A stretch of DNA of 64,000 nucleotides. It comes from Paraspadella gotoi (taxonomy: Eukaryota > Animalia > Chaetognatha). Within the stretch, counting starts at the first letter, position 1. Each line of letters begins with the position of its first letter. Position numbers and translations under genes: made by a program. Positions 47,971 to 62,638 of the stretch are shown piece after piece. The notes beneath the pieces are model-generated. The model had not been told where the DNA came from. It saw only the letters and a program-made list of their open reading frames with translations, and ran no database searches. The stretch spans positions 2,602,063-2,666,062 of the forward strand of contig CM119268.1 in the NCBI GenBank assembly GCA_051294375.1. Direction: 5' to 3'.

Positions 47971-48938
47971 CTCTCTCTTTCTACTCTCTCTACGTGGAGT
48001 ATTGCTGAGCTGAAAGTACTAAATGACAAAATACACATTTTTTTTTTCGACGAGGACCGGTACTCGCGCTCGCTGCTGAGCTGCGAAGATTGTGGCTGCA
48101 GACGCTGCCTAGGCTGCCGCTTTGGCCGAAGCACAAACCCAAATCCTCGCAGCAGGTTACAGATGAAAAAGAAAAAAAAAGGAAAAAAAAAAAAAGAGAA
48201 AAAAAAGAGAAAAAATAAGGAAAACGTCAGTATCTCTGATGAGAGAAGACAGGAAGGCAGAAAATAGGAGAAGGGGGCAACGCCTTCTCGGCGCGGCGCC
48301 CTAGCGCGCCGGCGCCCTGATGCGGCGCCAGCGCCACGAAAGGTAACCGCGAGCGGCCGGCGCCGATATTTTTTTTAATTCGCTCAAGACCGGAAACGTT
48401 CGCCGCAACTGGAAAGAAGTTGGAAAAAGCGGGCGGCGACCTCTGTCGGTCGCGAACGAGACGGAGATAAACAAAAACAAAAACATTAACGAGAAAAAGA
48501 GGCGCTGGGGTGGAAACAAAGGAGGATGAGGAAGAGGAGGAGGAGGAGGAGGAGAGGAAGATGTTGTTGACGACGACGACAACGACGACCTCAGAAACAA
48601 ACCATTGTCAACGTCGCTAGTTTTTAATTCCTCTAACGATTCAAGAATTTTTGGTAATCCCTTCTAATTGTCACCGAATAGCGTTGGAACAAAAGAAATG
48701 TCACAGACGAGAAAAGATTTCGACGACCTCGACCGACAGACCGACCATGGGTCCGAAGGACCGACCGACCGACCGCACGAGTCATGACCTCCTTCCTCAA
48801 AATGCGCGCGCAGTTTCTTTTTTTTTATTTCATCGCTCTAAATTTATTCCCTTCTGTTTGCCGTGTCAGCGACCGAGAGTCGAAATTATCTCTCTCTCTC
48901 TCTCTCTCTCTCTNNNNNNNNNNNNNNNNNNNNNNNNN

Positions 48939-51900
48939 AAGAAGAGGAGATCGCCCGCGACCCGGGCGGAGGTGAACGCCGCGAGAGAGCGCCGCCGATG
49001 CCGTTGTCGGAGACGACTGCCAAGCGACGTTCATGAGAAAGCCAACGCCCTCACAAGCGGGGTTGACGCGGATAATTGACGCTTGCGCGCCTTTTTTGGA
49101 TCCGCTGATGTCTCGAAAGGACCGACGTCTCCATCAAAACGGAGACATTTCCTCTCCGCCTGATTCCGGTGCCTCTCTCGGCCTCTTCCAAGTCGACGTC
49201 GAACGTCTCCCTGCGAGTCTTCAGGCACGCCTCCATCCGTCGCTTGCGACGCCTTCAGTCGACGAGATACTCAAGTTCATCTTGACGTCATTACTCTTCT
49301 TCTAATCTCGTCCCTCGACTCCCTCACTGGAAGCTTCTACTCTTAGGCTAAACGGCTCCAACTCCCCTTCCTCTTTCAACTCGGCTACAGCTCCATATTC
49401 TTCTCTAACTCCTTTAATTCTAAACAAGTCGGATTGTCGCAGCTCATTAACTCACTCCAACACTTCACTTCAAAAGCGACCACGGCGCGAACCAACTTTC
49501 CTCCATCGTTGGTCAATAACTCCCCACTTCTTCTTGCTCCTCTTTCCTCCTCTTTTTCCACCTTTCTCCTCGTCGTCCCGTCTTCTTCCTCTTCATCTTC
49601 CTCCATTCCCTCTCCCTCTCCCACAGACCTCGTTCCAAAAATGTTCCACCATCTCATCGACATCTCGTCTAAGCCTTGCCGCATCTAATAAGCCGCTGCG
49701 TCAGCGAACTTCGAGACAACCGTCTTCAACGGCCTCGTCTGCCGATTCGAAGGTCGTACCGATATATAGAATTTCCCGGAATGGATCGTCAGAGACCGGG
49801 CGAGGAGACGCTAAAACTCGAGCGATTCTTCCAAACGTCGAAAGAAAGTCTACAATCAACAACGGGAAGGTCCTTAACGATCGTGATCATCCGTCAAAGT
49901 CACATTCCAGAGCTCGGACCAATCAAGCGTTGGTCTTTCAGGCGACATCGCCGAACTTCGACTCAATCAAATGAAATCGACGACTCGATTCTGTCAAATT
50001 CTCCAGCGAATCGCGAATCTTGCCTTTCCCTGCTTACTCCAGTCTCAGCCCCAGAGCCTCCTCAAGCCGACGCTGCCACGCTCCCTTCCGTCCTCGGCGT
50101 GCAAACCGCGAAAAAAGCGACGCGAATCTCGCGCACTCAGCGACGTTTTGAAGAAATGGCGCCGAGAACGAGGAAGAGCCGGAAGCCACGCTGATGGAGG
50201 AGTCGCCGATTTCGTACCGATTGGATGCCTGGATGCGGTTTTGGATGAGAATCTTTGGCTGCACGTGCCGATGAGGGGATAGGTGAGTTTGGAGGTAAAA
50301 TGGAGTGGGTGTCCTGCGGGAATGAGTTCCGTGTGTAAGAATGAAAATCGCTTTGTGGTGGGAGAAGACCTGTGAAATGATTTATAAGAAAATACTTTTG
50401 AGTTCGTATTACCTACAGGATGGAATGGCGTTTCACATACACAGAAAAAAAAAAAAAAACAAAAATGAGGGGAAAATTGTGAACGTTTAGGAATGGATGA
50501 AATGACGTTAGGTAAATATTCGTGTGTAAAGTGAATTTTATACGAGCGCCTCGGTTTGTCAACTCTTCCAACGAATTGGCTCTAAAGACTTTCCATCGCC
50601 ATCCCCAGAATCCCGGGCCGCCGTCTTCAACGCTCCTGGTGGCTGACTAACCATCGCCCTCGTGCCCGCGCGTCTGCCGACGCTTCGTCTCACAGCCCCG
50701 CGACGAATTTGCGTTCGGTCAAAGTTCAACCTGACCGGACGGTCGAGAGAGGGACCGGCGACCGACAGGCTTTAAATCGCGCTACAGAGGCGTCGGGCAG
50801 CTTTTTACAACGCGGTGAGGGCCGGCGTAGAGTTGAATTATCTCAGCATGCTCACATTTCTATAATAATCTTGTAATTTTTTTAATTTAATTTTATTTTA
50901 CAACATTTCCCTTTTCATTCCCACACTTTATACCACGATCGCATTCCTACATACTATCGGACCCTTCGTCTTTTCGCAACTCCCTCCAGCCCTTTTCGCC
51001 AACGAATTTATCTAAACTCCACCAATTTTTTATACCTTTTTCTCGTCCGCCGCTCTCTCTCTCCGCCCACCTCCCCTCTCTCTCTCTTCCACAACTCTTT
51101 CTTCCCGCCACGCCTTCACACCCAAACACAAGACAGCCAACATCATCGTCGACCCCAACCCCGAGGATGCACGTTCTCTTCGAACATCTCCGCGTCATAA
51201 AGGAATACGTGGAGTCGCACGTTTTGTGGGAAATTCAACCGAACCCACCGCCTTCCTCCCCTGCCTTCGCACGTTCGAGTACACGCACAGTCTCCCGTCA
51301 AGAGTGCGCCGCCGAGGCCTGACAAGCGCGGTCGCGCAGACGACCAAGGTGGGTGATTCTGGAGGGTTTGGAGTTAAGGAAGTTGTGCGATTGATTGATT
51401 GATTGCCCGAATGATTGGTTTAATTAATGAATAGGAAATAGATGATTGAAAATAAACAACTTTTAAACGATTGCGAATTGGGTAGCAATGAATAGAAGAT
51501 TTCTCGTATGCATTCAAAAAACATCACCTCATAAGAATAAACATGAGCTAGAAAAGTTGGAGACTCGATTCGTGGATTTGATTTGACTTCATCGACTTCA
51601 ATTTATACTCCCTCCCTTTAATTCTATTCCGGTCAAGCCTAACGAGAACCTTGTGGTCTTGGAGGAACGAAGGGACCTTCGAGACTGCGGTCGCGCGTCA
51701 TTCGGTCAACGGCGTCCGTCGTCTCAGCGTCTCGTCCTCAGAATCTGCTTCATCGGGCGAAAGTGGAGCCGCTGAGGAAGATCGTCGACGCAGTCATCGT
51801 CGGGAAGAACGATTGTTCGGTGGGCGCGGCCGTTTTTGTTTTTTTGAGTCTTTGCTTAATTAATAATCTTTTTTAATAATTAATTAATTATTTAATAATT

Positions 51901-54900
51901 AATTAATATTTTTTTAACGTCGGATATCTGGAATAGTTTAAATGAAGAGACTTAATTCCCAACTATTCAACGTTTAACGCGATAAAGTAATTAAATAATT
52001 CCAATTCAATTTTCATATTGCGAAAAGAGCCATATTCAAAATTTACCGATTAAACCGGAAGAAATTCTTTAAAAGAATTTAATATAGCAACGATATGCCA
52101 ATATTCATTCATACACTAATATTTTTTTTTAGTAATTATGCAAAGTTGTTTTTTAGGGGAATAAATATAGATAAGTGATTAAAACGGATTAGACGCCGGA
52201 ATAATCTCCAGAAAAGCTGACAAAATTAGATCGCTTAAATCGCCCAAGCTCCCTTCGACACCCCCTGCTTCTCCGTCCCACGCAACGCCTCTCTCCGCTC
52301 CACCCCCCCCCTTTTTTTCCCCGACCATCCAACGACTCAGATACTTGGACGTCACGAAAGCTTGATAAGACTTCCGATCGGAGTCTCTCTTACTTCCCAG
52401 TCTTCGTCACTTGAAGACCGCTCGTCTTGACGAACAACTTCTTGACCGGAGCGCCTGCTCGCCAGATGCGCCGTCCAGCAGGTAGGAGAGAGAGGTAGGT
52501 GTGGGGGCGGAGGGAGTGGTTGGTGTCAGGGGTGGTTAAAATTCAAGCGGGGTGGACGTTAGGGAATAATGGGATCAGCGATAACTATTTATAATCCATA
52601 CAATTCTCAAACAAACGTTGGGCTGATGAGGCTAACACCGATAACCGAAACCATTTTTGGTCTGAAAAAAAAGTTTTTCTCATTTAATTGTCAAAACTAA
52701 TTTTCAACGGCCCCTTCGTTCAGACGTCGTTGACTTGGTCCTCGATCACGAACGAGTACACCTCTCCCTTTCAAAATCCTCTGGCGGAAGAAGCTTGGAC
52801 GAGTTTTCAAGGAGAACCTAACCGCCAAGATTGCGGGTCAGATGTCTTCGTTCACTTTTTGTTTTCGTTCGTTTATTTGTTCATCTCTATCTAATATTCC
52901 GCTCGTACGATCGTCTCGTTTGTTATCCAATTGTTTGGTTTAATTCTTCGTCTCACGTAGCTGGATTAAATCTTTCTTTACTTTACGAAGCTAAAGAACA
53001 AATCGGATTACATTAATTGTAAAGGCCACATTCTCCCCCCTTTTAGGTGACGCTACTTTCGACATCCGGGCGCAAGACGTCATTCACCAGATCCAGGGCG
53101 CCGGTCACGTGCATTATTGTACAAATCGGAGAGGGTCGGCCTCGATTTCCATTGGGCCCTTCATGTCTCACGTGTATGACTGGTAAAAAAAAAACGCCAA
53201 GGAATGCGATGTTCTTTTGATTAAAACTTGAAGTTCGAGCGTGACGAACGAGAGACACCTAGGAACTTGTGATAGACTAAAACAAAAGACCATGGTTTAT
53301 TGCAGTGAAGTTTAATGAGTTATGGCAATAACTTATGCATACTTATGCCGCAAAAATGTTAAAAAGATCTTTTTTACAGTGATACCTCGAATTCGGCGCA
53401 AAGAAGGTTAGTGAAATACGGCGCGTGGGCGAAAATCGTTTTCACGGATGGAGTAGACTATGAATCTTGTAATGTTTGGTAAGCTAAAATCTGAAAATAA
53501 TGAAATAGTGTCGTAAATAAATAAAATAATGAATAATACATTGAATTAATTAATTTCTTTGATTAGGTTCGGAGTTCTTACCGTTTGCACACTCTGGCTC
53601 TGCGAGAGGCGAGTCTCACGGGCGACTCTCTTGGTTCTCGCTTCTTTCGAACTAAAAACCCTCAAGAAATTCTACGTGAGACGCAACGCGGTCATCAAAA
53701 GATGCAATGGGCGCAGGTTAGTGGGGTCATCAGAAGATCCGCATTGGGCCAGGTTATTGAGCCTCCCGCTTAATGGGTCTTGCGCTTTGTCCTTTGGGCT
53801 TTCACTTGCTTCCTGCTTTAGCTGCTTATTATTTGGCTTGATACCAGAGGTTTTTCCTGAAATCATCCGACCAGGGCTTGAACGCGGGACATTGATTTGA
53901 AGACTTAGAGTTAGCCTGATGTCTCTCGAATTATTTCAAATATCCTTAATCATTTCCAATATAACTAAACTTGAAAAAATTAATGTCTGTTCCACTAAAA
54001 CCCTCCCACTGTTCTTAAAACACGTCCACCTTTTCCAAATCCCTCAACACCCCAAACCCCCCCAACTCAACACCTCCTCTCTCAAAGGCGCCGCTCCACC
54101 ATCCCCCTTCGCTCGGCCCCATCAGTCGGAACGCAACGTCCACATGCGACACCGTCGCTCGCTCCTACGAGGAGACGGAGCGAGAGATCGGGCGTTGCCT
54201 TGGCGACCCCACATGGAGGATGAAATGTCCGATCGAGAAAGTAACATCAGAGCCTTCCGGTTTCACTGGTCGGACGGGGGTGGGGAATCACGTGGAGAAA
54301 TCGAGAAAAAGCTGATCGTGAAAAAAGAAAGATCATGAATAGAAAGTGTGTGAAATAAAGAGAAGATATCTCTTTGCAAACAACACAAATTTGTTTTAAA
54401 AATGCACCAAGACCTCGTGATTTTTGTATTTTGAACTATATTACGTTGTTTTATATTTGTTTAATTTAATAAAATAATTTTAAGTAGAACTTTGTTCTAA
54501 AAAATCTTATCCTCAACTCGGCAATGGAAAACGTCCGACGGTAAAAACAAAAGAGGAATTCGAATCGGTCGCTCTGTATTTTTTTAAATTGGAAGAGATA
54601 ACTGAATTGGGGGAAATTCCAATTAAATCAGTGAAAAAACTCCACGAAGAGTGATCGCACTTTTAGTAGCAGAAAACGTTAAATTACCAAGCTTTTTTTT
54701 TTAAACATAAATTCAAAAGTTAAGCAAGTTCCATTTTAAACTAAAAGGATTTCGGCGACCTTATTCCGCCGGTTTTTAACCCCGCGGTTCCATCCCGCGC
54801 ATATAAGCTACGGACTAGCCGTTATAACCGCGACTCAACTCACCCAGTCCCGATGCTGGCCCGCCTGGGCGTATTCCGCGCCTGGCAAATCTCTCACCCG

Positions 54901-55160
54901 CAAGATGTCGCACTCGTCGCGACAGATGCGTCGCGGTCGAGCGAAGATGCCGGTGTCGTCGCAATCGCGGGAAAGAGTGAAAGCAGACCGTGGGGACGAG
55001 GAACTCGGCCGCAAAGCGGATCCGAGAGATTGATGTGATGAGGCTGGGGAGGAGTTCTGGGATGAGAGAGAAGAGATGGGGTTTAGAGATTGATGGTGTT
55101 AAGGCGATCGGGGCAGCATCTATCTCTCTCTCTCTCATTCTCTCTCCTCTCTCTCTCGTC

Positions 55161-55193
<33 letters not shown>

Positions 55194-56971
55194 CTCTCCT
55201 CCATCTCGTACTCACTGGCGCAGTTGCTGTTCCCGTTCCTACTGTTGAGTAAAGATTAAGTGACGTAGATTGATTGATTTCCGACGAAAGCCGAACACGA
55301 AGGCGCCTGACAAAGGAAAATGATGACCAGATGATGACAAAACCTATGTAAGGCTGACAAAATCCTTCCTCTCAACAGGGGACTCACCTCTGGTAAGGCT
55401 GACAAAATCCTTATCCTGTCTTCCTCTCCAGGGACTCACCTCTGTAAGGCTGACAAAATCCTTCTTCCTCTCACAGGGAACTCACCTCTGTAAGGCTGAC
55501 AAAATCTTCTTCCCTCTGACAGGGACTCACCTCTGTAAGGCTGACAAAAATCCTTTCTTCCTCCAAGTTCGTCTTCGGCGAAGAAATCGTCTCGTATTCG
55601 CTCAGTCTCGAAGAACGCTGGAGAAATGTCGAGTGTCATAATGAATATAAATAAATATCAATAAATAATAATGATAATAATAAATAATAATAAATAATAA
55701 ATAAATAATAATATAGGGGCATAGTACGATTTCTACCGCCGCATCGGTGCTCTTGGATCATCCATTTCGGATGGCTAAAAGAAGACAAAGGAGAAAGAAA
55801 GAGCCAGAAGGGCGTAATCCCCGTTCTTTTCCTTGAGTAACGGAGTTGGCCGGCCCAGCCCGATGTGAGTCAGTGTCCACCTTCCGTCCTCTTCCCTCCC
55901 TTCTCAAAATCCCTATCCCCACTCTCTCCTCCATCTTTCCCCACCTTTTTAAAACAAACCATTACTGGCTGCAAGGCCTCTCAGAGGCATTGTTGTCTGC
56001 ACCTAAGACTTGATCTATTGGGAACGAAGTCAAGAGCCACATACAGTGTTTATAAAACATAAATGTAGGACCAAAGAGCCAAATTTTGTTTCCTTAAATC
56101 CTGAAAAATGAATTTTTAGCCTTATAGTATTTAATTTCAATCAGTTAACAAACTTATACCCGCGATATTCTAACTCCTAAAACCCAGAACTTTAATAATT
56201 TATTTCTAGTACTTAATCCGACAACCCTAATCTTTGTTCATACTTTGAAAATCAAAATTATTACTTTCAAGGTATTAAGAGAGAATGAGGCGTATTAATA
56301 TTATTATTTATACTTAATGTTATTGTAACGCGTAATTTTAATCAAGAATATTTTTATCATAACAAGATGTTTTTTTTTGTTTTTATTATATTAAAAATAA
56401 TATTTTCCGGGACTCTCTAAAAGACTTCTAAAAACTTCTCTCAGCACTTTTTTTCTGTGTTCGCCGTCAAAAGAACTTGGAAGGAAAGATTAATCCTCGC
56501 ATATGTTCTTAGTTATTCCTTCTTTCATGTTAATACTCGTGGTCAGTAACTGAAATAGGGCAAAGAAATGTACATTATGCATTATGGCAAATTGAAATTG
56601 AAATATTTACAATGTCTTTTATTTCGGCACTGAAAAAAAATCTTAAATCGTTATCAAAGAGAGAGAGAGACTTGAGCGACAGAGAGATACAGAGAGAGAT
56701 ATATCATTTATTTAATATATATATATATATATATATAGAAGCGAGGAGGAGAGAAAGTAGTCCGAAAGAATCCTCACCTTTCATACCCAAGCCAGGGTAA
56801 CTGGGATAGCCCCCAGGACCGAAGCTTCGCCCCTTTCTCTTTGTCCGCCCCCAAGTTGACCTGCAAGACCCCCGTGGCCTCGAGTTTGCACTTGGCGTTG
56901 ACCCGGACGCACTTGTAAGTAACCCCGCGTGTGTGGACTGTCAGTTTCTTGATGGCGGGAAAGCCTTTTAG

Positions 56972-57057
<86 letters not shown>

Positions 57058-57144
57058 ATGTATTGAATGTAATTGAAATGTATAAAACAGATACGGCCTT
57101 GGGCACGCCTAATGAGAGAGAGAGAAGAGAGAGAGGAGAGAGAG

Positions 57145-57179
<35 letters not shown>

Positions 57180-58950
57180 AGAGAGAGAAGGAGAGAGAGA
57201 GAGAGAGAGAGAGAGATATGTACTCGATGAAAATGTCTCCAAGCTCTTTTCTACTACTTATTCCCAATAACAACCCGCACATGGATCGCAAAAATCACTG
57301 CATTCAATCAACATCCGCCCACAAACGAGGTGTCGTCGACACACACACTTCCACTTGTAAGCATATTGGCGTCTTGCCGCAGCCGTAGATCGCGCGCCAA
57401 GCGTCACCACGTGGCAAAAGGCGTCTTCAGCCACCGGAAACGAATGGGCGTGGCTACCTCTCATCTCGCATGCGGAAGTAATCGGCGATTTCGGCCGAAA
57501 GGTTTGGTGGCGCGTTGGTGCGAGTGGAGCGCAATGGTGAGACGCCGGGCGGGGCGGGGGCGAGCTGAAGGTGAGGAGGTGAGAGGTGAGGTAATGAGAG
57601 AGGAGAAGAACGGAATGTTAAGAGTATAAAGGAAAGGATAAAAAGGGATATAAAGTTACCTATTTTACTATCTTATCTTTGTTAAAGTATAACTCTCGAT
57701 ATGGGCGAGTAACACATCTAGCTGATCACGATTTTGTCGCGCGAATATCATTCTCGGTTTTCTTTAGGTTTCTAAAGTTTCAGACCGACGGAAGGAGAGT
57801 CGTTTCTCTTGATGACGAGAGGTAGAAAAGAGATGAGAGAGAGAGGGAGGGAGATGAGAGAGAGAGAGGAGAGAAGAATAATTTGGCGCTTGTTTTCACT
57901 ATTTTATTTCCGCGCCTTTCCTCTCTCTGATCTCTCTCTCTCATCTCTCTCTCCTCTCTCTGTCTCTCTCCTCTCTCTTATTCTATCTCTCTACGTGGAG
58001 TATTGCTGAGCTGAAAGTACTAAATGACAAAATACACATTTTTTTTTTCGACGAGGACCGGTACTCGCGCTCGCTGCTGAGCTGCGAAGATTGTGGCTGC
58101 AGACGCTGCCTAGGCTGCCGCTTTGGCCGAAGCACAAACCCAAATCCTCGCAGCAGGTTACAGATGAAAAAGAAAAAAAAAGGAAAAAAAAAAAAAGAGA
58201 AAAAAAAGAGAAAAAATAGGTAAAACGTCAGTATCTCTGAATGAGAGAGACAGGAAGGCAGAAAAATAGGAAGAAAGGGGGCAACGCCTTCTCGGGCGGC
58301 GGCGGGGGCGCCCTAGCGGCGCCGGGCTCCCTGATGCGCGCCAGCGCCAACGAAAGGTAAACCGCGAGCGGGCTCGGCGCCGATATTTCTTTTTTAATTC
58401 GGCTCTCAAGATGACCAGAATACGTCGCCGCAACTGGACAAGAAAGTTTTGGAAAAAGCGGGCCGGCGAACCTCTGTCGTCGGCGAAGCGACGACGGAGT
58501 ATAAACAAAAACAGAAAACATTAACGAGAAAAGAGGCGACATTGGGGTGGAAACAAAAGGAGGAGGAGGAGAAGGAGGGGAAGGAGGAGAGAGGAAGATG
58601 TTGTTGACCGGACGACGAACAAAGACGACTCAAGAACACCATATGTCATGTCGCCTAGTTTTTTAATTCCTACTAAACGATTCAAGAATTTTTTTGGTAA
58701 TCCGCTTCTAATTGTCCCGATAGCGTTGGAACAAAAGAAATGTCAGCAGCGACGAGAAAAGATTTCGACGACCTTTCGACCGAAGTAATCCGACCATGGG
58801 TCCGAAGGACGCGACCGATCAGCGACGCGCACGAGTCATGACCTCCTTCCTCAATGCGCGACGCGGATTTTTTTTTTTTTTTCTCAGCTCTTTTATTCCC
58901 TTCTGTTTGGCCGGTGGTCAGGCGACCGAGAGTCGAATTAATCTCTCTCT
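48939..58950. other. Error-rich ~10-kb tandem copy of ~39320-48900 (frameshifted F-box copy and Ror Ig/CRD exon copies); probable assembly artefact
   Basis: Colinear with the first copy; differs mainly by scattered 1-nt insertions in exons and introns alike; begins right after a 25-N gap (48914-48938). Confidence 0.85.
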
Positions 58951-58953
58951 CTT

Positions 58954-59019
<66 letters not shown>

Positions 59020-59732
59020 CTGCTCTCTCCCCTCATCCCTCTCTTCCCTTTGTTCCTTTGTTTGCTGGAAAGAGTCGATCTCCCTTTCTCTGTTTTGCAT
59101 TCCGCTCTCGTCGCGGGCGAAACTGGTCGTGACATCTCGCGGAAGGCGGCGGAAGCACGGAGCCTTCGAATCTCTTGTTATTTTGTTTATTCGTGAGAAA
59201 AACGCGAAAATGGTTATTGAAAAAAAAAAGAAAGAAAGAAAGAAAAAGAAAAAGTCGAAAAAAGGGGAAATGGACCGGAATGAAGTTTTTTGGTTTTTTT
59301 TTTTTGGAAACCAGACGTTTTTTGTTACAACCGATTTTCTTTGTACTAGGTTTTCTCTGTATCGATCCTTCAATTTTTTCTCTCAACAGAAAATCGAAAA
59401 TCGTTGATTCGAACTTCGATCTTCGCAGGTGGAACGACTTCTCGTCTTTTTATCGATTTCCTCGTTTCTATATCCGTTTATCGTTTTAGGTCTTCATCTT
59501 TTCGGGAAAAAAGTTCCGAAGATGAGAGAAAATAATGAACAAAATATAAAGTTAACACGTCGAGCTTGAAGAGGAGCTGAGAAGTGGGTGAGGGTATAAT
59601 GAGGTGAACTCATCGAAACAACAAAAAATACCACCTAAAAAGTAATAAAAGAAAAAACAAAAAACAAAAAACAAAAAAAAACAAAAACGCAACAACCAAA
59701 AAACCAAAATGAATCATCATGATAAATCATAC

Positions 59733-59835
59733 CTCTTGCTAAACTTGAACCCAAAGGCTTAAAAAAACGGGGTTCAACCGCTCGAAACCTCGAATCGGGT
59801 CCGGATCTCTTCAACCTTGATTCTGAGCCAGAATC
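59733..59835 (-). CDS. Candidate upstream Ror exon (DSGSESRLKRSGPDSRFRAVEPRFFKPLGSSLAR)
   Basis: tttag acceptor and G|gtatga donor; open frame ending in phase 1, matching the phase-1 start of the Ig exon. No homology support. Confidence 0.3.
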
Positions 59836-60309
59836 CTAAACGAGGGTCAAAAACCCTTCGAGACCCGATCCCTAAAATCGCCTCGAAAACCCCCCAGACC
59901 CTAATCCAGAAATCCCAGTCCTTGAAACCTCCTTTAAACCTAAACCCTGTAAACCTAAACCCTCTAAACCCAGAATCCTAAAACGAATTTGGATCCCAGT
60001 TCGTGTTTTTGTTGGCGAATTTTCGTTCGTGTTTCCTTTTGGNNNNNNNNNNGTTAAGACCTGAAACATGCAACAAACAACATGTCACAATAAATTAAAA
60101 TAATAAAATATTTAATAATGTAACCTTTCTTCCGCAAGCAAAGCAAAGCAAAGCAAAGGTGAGTCTCTCACTAGAGTCTCAAGTTTTTCCTTTTTTCATC
60201 ATCTTTTTGCACCATAGTTTTTATCGCTTGTCCTCATATTGTTCTTTGCCGTCTTGATTGCTTGCTTTCATTTTTTTCTTTTTCTTTCTTTCTTTCTTTC
60301 TTTCTTTCT

Positions 60310-60921
60310 NNNNNNNNNNNNNNNNNNNNNNNNNNNNNNNNNNNNNNNNNNNNNNNNNNNNNNNNNNNNNNNNNNNNNNNNNNNNNNNNNNNNNNNNNNN
60401 NNNNNNNNNNNNNNNNNNNNNNNNNNNNNNNNNNNNNNNNNNNNNNNNNNNNNNNNNNNNNNNNNNNNNNNNNNNNNNNNNNNNNNNNNNNNNNNNNNNN
60501 NNNNNNNNNNNNNNNNNNNNNNNNNNNNNNNNNNNNNNNNNNNNNNNNNNNNNNNNNNNNNNNNNNNNNNNNNNNNNNNNNNNNNNNNNNNNNNNNNNNN
60601 NNNNNNNNNNNNNNNNNNNNNNNNNNNNNAAAAAAAGAAAAGAAAATCAGTCGGGGAGTTTTATCCTCCACATAAATTCAATCCGCGACCGAAGAAAGAA
60701 CAAGAGACGGAGGAAAGGAAAGAAGAATGGAGGAAGGGAAAAAATGGAGGAAGGAGGAAAGGAAGAACAAAGGGAGGAAAAGAAAAGAAGAATANNNNNN
60801 NNNNNNNNNNNNNNNNNNNNNNNNNNNNNNNNNNNNNNNNNNNNNNNNNNNNNNNNNNNNNNNNNNNNNNNNNNNNNNNNNNNNNNNNNNNNNNNNNNNN
60901 NNNNNNNNNNNNNNNNNNNNN
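60310..60921. other. Assembly gaps (N runs 60310-60629 and 60794-60921; smaller ones at 36748-36757, 48914-48938, 60043-60052)
   Basis: N characters in the sequence. Confidence 0.98.
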
Positions 60922-62477
60922 AAGGGAGGGAAGGAGGTGAGAAGAAGAAAGAAAAGAGGTCTTTAAAAATAGAGGAAGAAGGAAAAGAAGAACAAAGGGA
61001 GGAAAAGAAAAGTAGAATAGAAGAGGAAGGGAAAAAAGGGAGGAAGGAGTTTAGGAGAAGAGAGGAAAGAAAAAGAGAAAAGGAGAGAAAAAATTAAGGA
61101 AAGAGAAGAAAGGAGAATGCAGGAGGTAGAAAAACAGAAAAAAAGGAGGAAAGAAAAACGTAGGGAGAAAAAAGGAAAGAAGATATAAGAAAAAGGAGAG
61201 ATGATGAAAAAAAAAGGAGTGAACAAGAAAAAAGAGGAGAGAACAACAATATTGAAAGAAATAAAAACCAACATAAGAGAAAGTATTAAATAAATAATGT
61301 AACAGATACTGGAACAGAAAATATTTGAGAAGGAGTGAGCAGATAAAAAAACGTAGAAAGGGAGCAAAAAACCTGCAATAAAAACGAAAGTAAGAGGGGC
61401 AGGAGAAAGAGAGAAAAAAAATAGGAAGTGAACTGAATAATTAACCAAACAAACCGAAGTGAGGTGTTGTGGAGGAAGTCTCTATTCGTGTCTAGCACTA
61501 AGGTTAGTTTTCGATTTCTAGCTTTTACTCACAACTGATTCATCATTGTTGTTTCAATGGTTTCGACATTTAATTTAAACTTAAAGTTAAACGAGAGAAT
61601 TTTCATAAAATTCTAAAATGTTCTGCCGATAAAAATATCTCCCAACTGGGATTAAACCGGTCACATCGGAATGTGCTAGTATATGCTTTACCATGCTATG
61701 TTTTACAATAAAACGGTCGGGTAATCGTGAGACTCAGAATGTGTCGGGGTTTGTAAACTTTACCCTTCGATTTGTGGCACAAAACGCGAAGAAAGCAAAT
61801 CGGAAACGAAATTAGTCGTCGCCTCGAAAAAAACAAAAGGCGAAAACTTTTCTAAACAACAAAATGAAACTGATTGAAAAGAAAGTGAACTGAGGCGGCG
61901 GCGCTGCAGCTACTGAGGCTGCTACACTTTATATTAGTTGTTTCTTGTCTCTGCTCTGCTTTCACTCTTTTTGCTTTTTGCAAATTTTCCGCTGCTCAGG
62001 CAGCTGAACTTGATAATAGTTGAATAGCTCTGCCGCTCCTGACTCTTCTTTGTCGCCCTTCCTCACCCCGTCCTTCACTTAGTCAATTTCTCCGCAGGGA
62101 ATTGGATCAAAAATCTTAAAAAAAAGAACTAATTGAAAAGACAAACAACCTAATTAGCTAAATTTTGATAAGCCCAGAGGCGATGCGCCGAGGACGTTGA
62201 TGAACGAGCGACAAGAGAAAAAGGCGCGCGGCGATGAGCCCTCGGTCATTTTTGAAAAAAAAAAAAAAAGATAACATTATTATAATCATCATTTTTAGAA
62301 AAACCTAAGTTTGCAAGGTTACTATGACGCGTTTAAAGGGTAAGGATTCTGGACAAGTCCCTTTACCAATTAAAAATTAACTAATTAGAAACGTTTCGAT
62401 TCGACATAAATTATCCGCACAATGGAGATCTGAAACGACAATAAAACGTATTAATATTCGAGCACAGTTTTGCTCAG

Positions 62478-62638
62478 ATGTCGCTGCAACAACACGTGTG
62501 GTCGGACCCCGTCGGCTTAACTCTCTCGAACGCGGCTACCGACCATGGCTACCAGACCGTCGCAAGCGAACGCGGGCAAACGACCGGGCGAACCGAGGTG
62601 GTTCTGAACGGATTCATCGAGAATGGAAAGGAGATAAG
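62478..62638 (+). CDS. Possible isolated exon of an unidentified plus-strand gene
   Basis: GC-rich block bounded by ttttgctcag and AG|gtgagg, open in two frames; a possible preceding exon lies at ~62177-62243. Confidence 0.25.

Noticed and set aside
47990-48170. Block nearly identical in both copies, suggesting a conserved element
   Set aside because: More simply explained by local polishing of the artefactual copy; no structure or ORF support.
48939-57570. Genuine F-box and Ror pseudogenes
   Set aside because: The error spectrum and adjacent gap point to an assembly artefact rather than evolutionary decay.
59925-59985. Telomere-like (CCCTAAA) repeats
   Set aside because: Only a few degenerate units at an internal position.
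60234-61097. Long ORFs containing X runs
   Set aside because: They span N gaps and purine-rich low-complexity sequence.
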